Shown here one piece after another: positions 54,271 to 64,000 of a DNA stretch of 64,000 nucleotides. The stretch lies in the NCBI GenBank assembly GCA_964016885.1, contig OZ024763.1, positions 22,630,001-22,694,000 on the forward strand, given 5' to 3'. Every line of letters begins with the position of its first letter. The stretch's first letter is position 1. The stretch comes from Eledone cirrhosa. Taxonomy: Eukaryota. The notes under the pieces were generated by a model that saw only the letters and a program-made list of their open reading frames with translations, had not been told where the DNA came from and did no database searches. A program made the translations under genes and the position numbers.

Positions 54271-54629
54271 TCCCCTGGCCCTTACTCTGTCCTCTGTCCC
54301 CTATTTTATATAACATGTAGACAACAATAGTCCCCTGGTCCTTTCTCTGTCTTGTCCCCTATTTTATATAACATTTAGACAATAGTCCTATGTTCCCCTC
54401 ACCACAACCCTGTCCCCTATTTTATGTACAATGTGTACAGCAGTAAGTTCTGGTCCCTTCACCCTCTAAAAGACAGCACCACGTAGCTCTTCCTCCCTAC
54501 CAGTTAAATTAGAGGGAGTGCTATTAGGGACCTTCCTGTCTCCCAGTTTATTAAAGGGACCACTATTACAAAGCTTAGCTCTATCTGTTTATCAAGGGAA
54601 CGAGGGACCAGAGTTACAGATCCTCCTGT

Positions 54630-55620
54630 CTACCAATTTAATGTGTGAACCTTCACCTGTTTAATTAGGGGCTACACTATTAGGGACCTTTCTTCTACCG
54701 GTTTAATGTGTGAACCTTTACCTGTTTAATTAGGGACTACACTATTAGGGACCTTTCTTCTACCGGTTTAATGTGTGAACCTTCACCTGTTTAATTAGGG
54801 GCTACACTATTAGGGACCTTTCTTCCGGTTTAATGTGAACCTTCACCTGTTTAATTAGGGGCTACACTATTAGGGACCTTTCTTCTACCAGTTTAATATG
54901 TAAACCTTCACCTGTTTAATTAGGGGCTACACTATTAGGGACCTTTCTTCTACCAATTTAATGTGTGAACCTCCACCTGTTTAATTAGGGGCTACACTAT
55001 TAGGGACCTTTCTTCTACCGGTTTAATGTGTGAACCTTTACCTGTTTAATTAGAGACTAAACTATTAGGGACCTTTCTTCTACCGGTTTAATGTGTGAAC
55101 CTTCGCCTGTTTAATTAGGGGCTACACTATTAGGGACCTTTCTTCTACCAATTTAATGTGTGAACCTTCAACTGTTTAAAAAGGGGCTACACTATTAGAG
55201 ACCTTTCTTCTACCAGTTTAATGTGTGAACCTTCACCTGTTTAATTAGGAGCTACACTATTAGGGACCTTTCTTCCGGTTTAATGTGAACCTTCACGTGT
55301 TTAATTAGGGGCTACACTATTAGGGACCTTTCTTCTACCGGTTTAATGTGTGAACCTTCACCTGTTTAATTAGGGGCTACACTATTAGGGACCTTCCGGT
55401 TTAATGTGAACCTTCACCTGTTTAATTAGGGGCTACACTATTAGGGACCTTTCTTCTACCAGTTTAATGTGTGAACCTTTACCTATTTAATTAGGGGCTA
55501 CACTATTAGGGATCTTTCTTCTACCAGTTTAATGTGTGAACCTTTATCTGTTTAATTAGGGGCTACACTATTAGGGACCTTTCTTCTACCGATTTAATGT
55601 CTTCACCTTTACCTGTTTAA
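54630..55620. repeat. 65 bp minisatellite (~15 copies) in the presumptive 3' UTR
   Basis: Unit TTTAATGTGTGAACCTTCACCTGTTTAATTAGGGGCTACACTATTAGGGACCTTTCTTCTACCGG. Confidence 0.95.
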
Positions 55621-55713
55621 AGAGAGTTCAGAAATGAGCACTGTAAGATCTGATTTGTCAGTCAACCCACCCCAGGGCCCAAATATTGAACACAGGGCAA
55701 GATTTTAGTTTTG

Positions 55714-55719
55714 AATAAA
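55714..55719 (+). promoter_or_regulatory. Candidate polyadenylation signal AATAAA
   Basis: First AATAAA noticed downstream of the stop codon. Confidence 0.4.
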
Positions 55720-55759
55720 AACCTGTTTATACCTGGTGAATCTATATTATTATAGCTGA

Positions 55760-56115
55760 ATATATATATATATATATATATATGCATGTATGTGTGTATA
55801 TATATATATATATGTGCATGTATATATGCATGTATGTGTGTATATATATATGTGCATGTATATATATATATATGTACATACAACATATATACATGCACAT
55901 ATATATATACACACATACATGCATATATACATGCACATATATATATATACACATGTATGTGTGTATATATATATGTGCATGTATATATGTTGAATGTATA
56001 TATATGCATGTATGTGTGTATATATATATATGTGCATGTATATATGTTGTATGCATATATATATGTACATACATATGTATATATAAATATATATATATAT
56101 ATAGACACACACACA
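55760..56115. repeat. (TA)/(TGCA)/(TG) compound microsatellite
   Basis: Direct reading. Confidence 0.9.
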
Positions 56116-56902
56116 TGCAACAGTTCAATCTAACTTAATCCCTATTCTCTCCCGTGAACATTAAATTTGGTTTCTGAGCAACATCAGCCCATCCACCAAA
56201 TCACACCCCAGCCCCACCCCCTATATGTCACCCCACCTCTACATGTCACACCCACCCTACCCCATCCTCATGGACCAAATAACTTAAAAAAACAACAAAC
56301 AAATTGTCTATTTTACTAATTGTGTTAGGTTGTATATATATATATACATATACATATATATATATATCACATCAGTTCCTCCACTCCCCCAGCCCTCCAC
56401 TCCAGCACCAGCACCCCGGCCCTCCACTCCACCAGCTCCACACCCCTCCTCCACCCCAGTCCTCACCACTCCCCAGCCCCCAGGCTCCACTTGCTCCAGT
56501 CTGACCCTTGTTGGCTTCTCTGTGATAAGAACATTAGCCTTAACAACAACAACAATACCTAATATGGACAAACCACTCTGTGCTTTACTTTCCTCATGAA
56601 AGACTCTCACTCGAACTCTTGGACCTTACTTCACTCTATTCGACTCTCTCTCACTGCTCACCTCAGGCCTTGCTCCACTCAAGTCTGCTGCCCCTTACTC
56701 CACTCCATTCAAATCTCTCACTCACACCCACCTAAAGCCCTACTCCACTCCACGCTATTCTCTCACTCATCTCTTGAGCTGAGAAGCCCCCCCCCCTCCT
56801 CCTCCCATGTAGCCATAACTGTAATCACTGTTGGCCATCCTCCTCTCTCTCCTCCTCCCCCATTAACAACACAGCAGCAACATGTTAATCCCCTCTGCAA
56901 CC

Positions 56903-58232
56903 AACAGTTCTGATCCCCAGACCATCCCAGGTTCAAACCTCAACAGTTCTGATCCCCAAACCATCCCAGGTTCAAACCTCAACAGTTCTGATCCCCAAAC
57001 CATCCCAGGTTCAAACCTCAACAGTTCTGATCCCCAAACCATCCCAGGTTCAAACCTCAACAGTTCTGATCCCCAGACCATCCCAGGTTCAAACCTCAAC
57101 AGTTCTGATCCCCAAACCATCCCAGGTTCAAACCTCAACAGTTCTGATCCCCAAACCATCCCAGGTTCAAACCTTAACAGTTCTGATTCCCAAACCATCC
57201 CAGGTTCAAACCTCAACAGTTCTGATTTCCAGACCATCACAGGTTCAAACCTTAACAGTTCTGATCCCCAAACCATCCCAGGTTCAAACCTCAACAGTTC
57301 TGATTTCCAGACCATCCCCGGTTCAAACCTCAACAGTTCTGATTTCCAGACCATCACAGGTTCAAACCTTAACAGTTCTGATCCCCAAACCATCCCAGGT
57401 TCAAACCTTAACAGTTCTGATCCCCAAACCATCACAGGTTCAAACCTCAACAGTTCTGATTTCCAGACCATCACAGGTTCAAACCTCAACAGTTCTGATC
57501 CCCAAACCATCACAGGTTCAAATCTCAACAGTTCTGATCCCCCAAACCATCACAGGTTCAAACCTCAACAGTTCTGATCCCCAAACCATCACAGGTTCAA
57601 ACCTCAACAGTTCTGATTTCCAGACCATCACAGGTTCAAACCTCAACAGTTCTGATCCCCAAACCATCACAGGTTCAAACCTCAACAGTTCTGATTTCCA
57701 GACCATCACAGGTTCAAACCTCAACAGTTCTGATCCCAAAACCATCCCAGGTTCAAACCTCAACAGTTCTGATTTCCAGACCATCCCAGGTTCAAACCTC
57801 AACAGTTCTGATCCCCAGACCGTCACAGGTTCAAACCTCAACAGTTCTGATCCCCAAACCATCCCAGGTTCAAACCTCAACAGTTCTGATCCCCAAACCA
57901 TCACAGGTTCAAACCTCAACAGTTCTGATCCCCAAACCATCCCAGGTTCAAACCTCAACAGTTCTGATCCCCAAACCATCCCTGGTTCAAACTTTAACAC
58001 TTCTGATCCCCAGACCATCCCACATTCAAACCTTAACAGTTCTGATCCCTAAACCATCCCAGGTTCAAACCTCAACAGTTCTGATCCCCAAACCATCACA
58101 GGTTCAAACCTTATCAGTTCTGATCCCCAAACCATCCCAGGTTCAAACTTTAACACTTCTGATCCCCAGACCATCCCACATTCAAACCTTAACAGTTCTG
58201 ATCCCTAAACCATCCCAGGTTCAAACCTCAAC
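56903..58232. repeat. 39 bp minisatellite (~34 copies; AACAGTTCTGATCCCCAAACCATCCCAGGTTCAAACCTC)
   Basis: Direct reading. Confidence 0.97.
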
Positions 58233-58529
58233 AAAGTTACTCCTGTTGTTAATTATTTTATTGTTTGTTTGTTTGTTTTTAATGTGTATATTTATATATA
58301 TTTTATATACTTTTTGAACACACACATGTATACATAGTCACCCACACACATATATATATATACATACATATTCACATACATACACACACACACATACTCA
58401 CACATATATGTATGTATATATATATATATATATATACACACTGATATATAATCAACCAAAAACATTAATTTATTTATATACATATAACCCATCTACTGTT
58501 TCTAGAGCTCTTTCACCACTTATTGGTTA

Positions 58530-58595
<66 letters not shown>

Positions 58596-58714
58596 TGCTA
58601 AATGCTATTAAAAAAAAATCCATCATTTTTATTATACATACATACATATATATGTATATACATATTGCTAAAAACTATTGAAAAAATGTCATTTTTATTA
58701 TTATTATTACACAC

Positions 58715-58881
58715 GGCTGAGGGTCGGACGCCATGCTCTGCAGCATAGAGTTACGGCCCTTTATGATCTGAGTTCAAATCCCGCCGAGGTTAACTTTGCC
58801 TTTCATCCTTAAAGGGTCGATAAAATAAAGTACCAGTAATATAGTGGGGTAATTGCTGGCCTTGTGCCAAAAGTAGAAACA
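58715..58881 (+). mobile_element. Meta-like SINE, 5'-truncated
   Basis: Same family as 6353; TSD ATTATTACACAC (58703-58714 / 58882-58893). Confidence 0.88.
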
Positions 58882-59399
58882 ATTATTACACACATACACA
58901 CATGTATATATTGCTAAATGCTATTGAAAAAATTCCATCATCTTTATTAAGCACACACATGCTCACGCAAACATATACACATTCTACATCCATACAGTTA
59001 TCCACATTCTACACCCATACAGAGAACCTTATTTAGATGTAATTTAGCTTGCCTTATTTATACAGGTTGTTAATACTAATTCTTGTGTGTCTTGTTTGAA
59101 TATTAAACACTTCCCCCACCAAACAAAAAAGAATCAACAAAAACAATTCTAGAACTGTTAGAAAAAAACTTTTGAGTCTAAATATTGTTTTTTGGTCATC
59201 TGAGAGAATTATTTCTCTCACATACAGACACACAGACAGACAGACAGATACACACATAATCTTTTAATATCATGTTCTATGCAAACTGTTAAAAACATAT
59301 TTTTTACAGTAAAATAAACGTTCTCATGGAAGGGGCTTTATTTAATTATATTCAAAAATGTTTGATCAAATCTTGAAAGTTTGTCGGTTTAAAGAAAGT

Positions 59400-60551
59400 T
59401 TAACCCATTAACATTTACATTACTCTATATATATACTATTGTATTTTCACAGTAAAGGCTTTACCTCACATAATATCTCACATAACATTTACATTACTCT
59501 ATATATACTATTGTATTTTCACAGTAAAGGCTTTACCTCACATAATATCTCACATAACATTTACATTACCCTATATATACTATTGTATTTTCACAGTAAA
59601 GGCTTTACCTCACATAATATCTCACATAACATTTACATTACTCTATATATACTATTGTATTTTCACAGTAAAGGCTTTACCTCACATAATATCTCACATA
59701 ACATTTACATTACTCTATATATACTATTGTATTTTCACAGTAAAGGCTTTACCTCACATAATATCTCACATAATATCTACATTACTCTATATATACTATT
59801 GTATTTTCACAGTAAAGGCTTTACCTCACATAATATCTCACATAACATTTACATTACTCTATATATACTATTGTATTTTCACAGTAAAGGCTTTACCTCA
59901 CATAATATCTCACATAACATTTACATTACTCTATATATACTATTGTATTTTCACAGTAAAGGCTTTACCTCACATAATATCTCACATAATATCTACATTA
60001 CTCTATATATACTATTGTATTTTCACAGTAAAGGCTTTACCTCACATAATATCTCGCATAACATTTACATTACTCTATATATACTATTGTATTTTCACAG
60101 TAAAGGCTTTACCTCACATAATATCTCACATAACATTTACATTACTCTATATATACTATTGTATTTTCACAGTAAAGGCTTTACCTCACATAATATCTCA
60201 CATAATATCAAATCTATGAGATTTTGGTATTATTTATTTTGAGAAAAGGGCAATAGATTGGCACTAGTATCAGTAGAAGGTCGGATGCCATGCTTTGCAG
60301 CAAAGAGTTACGCCCCTTTATGGCCTGTGTTCAAATCCCGTCGAAGTTAACTTTGCCTTTCATCCTCACAGGGTCAATAAAGTAAAGTACCAGTAATACA
60401 CTGGGATAATTGCTGGCCTTGTGCCAAAAGTAGAAACAATTATTTATTTTGAGAACAATACCTTAACATAAGTATGAGTGGCCGGTTACAACCGGTTTGA
60501 ACAGAATGAGGTGAGAGGAGAATTCTGGCCGGTTTAAATGCTTACAGGGAA
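59400..60551 (-). mobile_element. Third TTAA MITE copy with an 11 x 72 bp internal array and a nested SINE
   Basis: TTAACCCATTAACATTTACATTAC start; 72 bp unit at 59410-60205; the remainder matches 17800-17945; the right TIR is degenerate. Confidence 0.88.
60246..60438 (+). mobile_element. Meta-like SINE nested in the MITE
   Basis: TSD ATTATTTATTTTGAGAA (60229-60245 / 60439-60455); the empty site is visible in the MITE copy at ~17828-17844. Confidence 0.92.
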
Positions 60552-60694
60552 CACTGTCCACATTTACCCTCTTTAGGGACCTCTATATACCAACTTTTTT
60601 GATATTGTCTAAAAACCTACATTGAAGCAATTTTCTTTAAGTTGACAAACTTTCATGATTTTATCCAAAGATATCAAATGTTTTTAAACTATAT

Positions 60695-60972
60695 TGTTTG
60701 TCTTCTTCTCTTCTTTCTTGTTATTCTCTCTTCTTCTTTGACTTCTTCTCGTTGTTTTCTTCTTCTTTGCTTTCTTCTTCTTTTTCTTTCTTCTTTCTCT
60801 TCTTTTTCTTTCTTCTTCTTTCTCTTCTTTTTCTTTCTTATTCTTTCTCTTTTTCTTCTTCTTTGCTTTCTCTTTTTCTTCTTCTTTGCTTTCTTCCTCT
60901 CCTTTGTTGTCTTCATTCTTTTGTCATCATCTTCATCTTCTTTCTTGTTCCTTCTTCCATCTTCTTCTTCCC
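60695..60972. repeat. (TTC)-rich low-complexity tract
   Basis: Direct reading. Confidence 0.85.
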
Positions 60973-61115
60973 GTCACCATTATATAACACCTGAGCAGCT
61001 CACCTGGCCATACCAACATTGAATGGTTGATGAACACTGGTTGAGTGGAATGGAATGGAAGCTACATTAGAAGAAGACTGAGACAGCAAACCTGGCCAGA
61101 AATAGTTAGATCTGA

Positions 61116-61154
<39 letters not shown>

Positions 61155-61499
61155 TCACACACACACAAACATATATATATATATATATATATATAGTGAA
61201 AGAGTGAAGAATAACATGGTCAACAGTACAAAAAGGGTTTTACTTACAGTATTAACAATTGTTTCATTGATTAGGGTGTCTAAAAATTGCTAATCACTCG
61301 AAGTTGTGTCACTTAATTTTAGATACATGTATGCCTAATCAAATCATCGGAATAACATATATCATCATCATCATTTTACGTCCGCTATTCCCTTCCTAAC
61401 ACCAACCTCATTTACAGTGAGTGCTGGGTGCTTTATTTGCTGTGGCACCTCCACGACCACTTTGCAGTGGAATGATATAGACCCCCAGTCCCTATCATC

Positions 61500-61632
61500 T
61501 CATTTCTACAGCTGAGTAAACTGGAGCAATGGGAAATAAAGTGTCTTGCTCAAAGAAAAAACACATCACCCGGTCTGAGAATTGAACTGACAACCTTTCA
61601 ATTGCAAGGCGCTCTAACCACTAAGCCATGTG
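61500..61632 (-). mobile_element. tRNA-derived CORE-like SINE on the minus strand
   Basis: Reverse complement of the 9339 family (GCACATGGCTTAGTGG...TTGAGCAAGACACTTTATTTC...CTCAGCTGTAGAAATG). Confidence 0.8.
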
Positions 61633-61874
61633 CATAGTAATGTAATAAACAACGTAAGACAATTATTCCATTTACCAAAGGTCTCACGAAGACAGACGAG
61701 CTCAACACAGATGTCTACATAATTATCTTATGTTGTTTATTACATAATTAAATAGCTCTGTAGCCTACATAGAGCACTCTCCTTTTCTTTATCTTTCCTA
61801 CGGAAACAATATATATATATATATGTATATATACACGCACACGCACACAGGGTATCCCAAACCTTACTGGATGT

Positions 61875-62165
61875 TTCTGGTCTTACAACATAGTCACCTT
61901 CATCGAGGTGACCCAACTACAGAATATATCATCAATATTGTATACTGGAGTCACTGAGTCTTTCTGGTCTTACAACATAGTCACCTTCATCCAGTTGACC
62001 CAACTACAGAACATATCAATATTGTATCCTGGAGTCACTGAGTCTTTCTGGTCTTACAGCATAGTCACCTTCATTCAAGTGTCCCGACTACAGAACACAT
62101 CATCAATATTGTATCCTGGAGTCACTGGGTGTTTTGTGAGGTCTTACAACATAGGCACCGTCATC
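61875..62165. repeat. ~85-90 bp degenerate tandem repeat (GGTCTTACAACATAGTCACCTTCATC...)
   Basis: 3-4 units. Confidence 0.8.
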
Positions 62166-62322
62166 CATGGAAAGACCAATGGAAACACTGTTTCCTCGGT
62201 TCTATTTGACAAGGTCCACCCCACTCATTAAGCGAGTGAGGTCTGGGATTTTGTCGATCGATCAGAGCGAGCAACCTTAGGAAACTCTTTGCCTTCATGG
62301 TCCAGACACACCACTACCTCTA

Positions 62323-62830
62323 CATGACCATCACCTACGAGTACTGGGATAAGTACAAGCCAAATGCCGCTCCATGACCATCACCTTCGAATACTGGGAT
62401 AAGTACAAACCAATTGCCGCTCTATGACCATCACCTTCGAATACTGGGATAAGTACAAGCGAAATGCCGCTCCATGACCATCACATACGAATACTGGGAT
62501 AAGTACAAACCAACTGCCGCTCTATGACCATCACCTTCGAATACTGGGATAAGTACAAACCAACTGCCGCTCTATGACCATCACATACGAATACTGGGAT
62601 AAGTACAAGCGAAATGCCGCTCCATGACCATCACATACGAATACTGGGATAAGTACAAACCAACTGCCGCTCTATGACCATCACCTTCGAATACTGGGAT
62701 AAGTACAAGCGAAATGCCGCTCCATGACCATCACATACGAATACTGGGATAAGTACAAACCAACTGCCGCTCTATGACCATCACATACGAATACTGGGAT
62801 AAGTACAAGCGAAATGCCGCTCCATGACCA
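62323..62830. repeat. 50 bp minisatellite (~10 copies) with two shuffled variable blocks
   Basis: ATGACCATCAC(CTT/ATA)CGAATACTGGGATAAGTACAA(ACCAACT/GCGAAAT)GCCGCTC. Confidence 0.95.
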
Positions 62831-63202
62831 CATACAGCCTTTTAAAATGTTATCACTCCTGATTTATCTCCCTCGGTTTAAGTCATATTTGAGTTATCTC
62901 GCCTTTCGATTTCAATCTGAACACAACGTTAAGTAAAATAAACAGCAGTGAAACCACCACACAGGGGATATTATTGGGTTTACACCGGTATTTGGAAAAC
63001 TATTTTGGTTGTTAACGTTAATGAAAAGAGGAGGCATGTAAAGTTGTTTTTGGTATGTAGAGTCCTTTCTAAACATGTTACCTGTGTTAAGAATATATGT
63101 ATATATATATTAATAATAATAAATGTGAAGACTGAAATTCGAAGAGGGCTCGATAAGGATTATATATATAAAATATATAAAAACCGTAGAGCAAATATTT
63201 AT

Positions 63203-63330
63203 TAAAATAACAGATTAAAGTTTAAACAAAGAATCGCTGCTTTCCCCCTTAACGGGATCTTCTGAAACAGAAGATCCTATTAAGGGTTAAAGTAGCGATT
63301 CTTTGTTTAAACTTTAATCTGTTATTTTTA
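63203..63330. mobile_element. Fold-back element, ~60 bp arms
   Basis: TAAAATAACAGATTAAAGTTTAAACAAAGAATCGCT...AGCGATTCTTTGTTTAAACTTTAATCTGTTATTTT; half copy at 25480-25545. Confidence 0.85.
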
Positions 63331-63646
63331 TATATATAACAAACACTGCATCACAATTACTGGCTCGTTTCTTCACGTCCAGAAAATACTTGTAGCGGTT
63401 GTCTCCCTTGTTTTGATTGGGATCTAGACGGGAAGTGGAGCCCTTTCTGTAACTACTTCACACTGCTCCCAGACATACTACTTACGGTGTTGTATATAAA
63501 TTAGATTTGTATACTGTGAAATAATGTAGAACTATATTATATACACCCTTGAATAATTTTCCACCTGTACAACTCAACATCGCTACATCGTCCTTCCTTG
63601 GCGTTGTATATTTACTATATTTATACACTTGTATATTAATCTAGTA

Positions 63647-63865
63647 TACAGGGGTGACCACAAAATCACACACTCCTTGATTTCAAATACTTATAATATA
63701 ACAACTTAAATGAATATTCTTACAATATTGGTGGCTACAATTGCATAAACTAACAAAGTTTCATGTGGTATTGGTTGATATAGACACTCGATGTCTGACC
63801 CTTCTGTTGCTCAGCTAACATCAATGTGATTATCAAGCTCGGAGAGTGTTTGTGGTCATCTTGTA
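63647..63865. mobile_element. Possible Tc1/mariner-type MITE remnant
   Basis: Starts TACAGGGGTGACCACAAA; degenerate reverse complement TTTGTGGTCATCTTGTA at ~63849-63865. Confidence 0.55.
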
Positions 63866-64000
63866 TATATATATATATATATATGAAAAGATTCAGGACC
63901 CCGACGGCTGAGCTCCGGCCGTTTCGACAGCTAGATCCGAACCAGTTTCATTTGAGGCATAAACATAAAACAATGAACTGAAAAGACTGTTGAACCTCAT

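Noticed and set aside
56863-58018. Repetitive ORFs (SSDPQTIPGSNLN)n and (FEPGMVWGSELLR)n
   Set aside because: 39 bp minisatellite with a frame-breaking extra C at ~57541 and no splice signals linking it to a gene
62323-62830. CRISPR-like regular array
   Set aside because: No unique spacers, no cas genes, eukaryotic context

Overview
Eukaryotic, extremely AT- and microsatellite-rich genomic DNA. The SINE, MITE and (TA)n repertoire resembles Octopus/coleoid cephalopod genomes (inferred from recalled repeat families, not verified). The window holds the 3' part of one + strand spliced gene, with 7 coding exons read by hand between 6683 and 54270. It is CCDC50/Ymer-like: MIU-type 'QDEELAQLIQEQE' helices, an 'NIATAIDPTY' motif and a basic CRQQ C-terminus. 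Its largest exon carries an apparent 1-nt insertion. The introns and the 3' flank contain a decayed CR1-type LINE, tRNA-derived SINEs with clear TSDs, a TTAA/piggyBac-type MITE family, an internally deleted Hsmar2-like mariner, a Helitron-like element and many fold-back elements sitting in (TA)n tracts, some with hammerhead-ribozyme-like remnants. About 15 minisatellite or satellite arrays are present, several traceable to transposon pieces. Almost all long ORFs in the supplied track are repeat artefacts. No CRISPR array, rRNA or intact tRNA was found.
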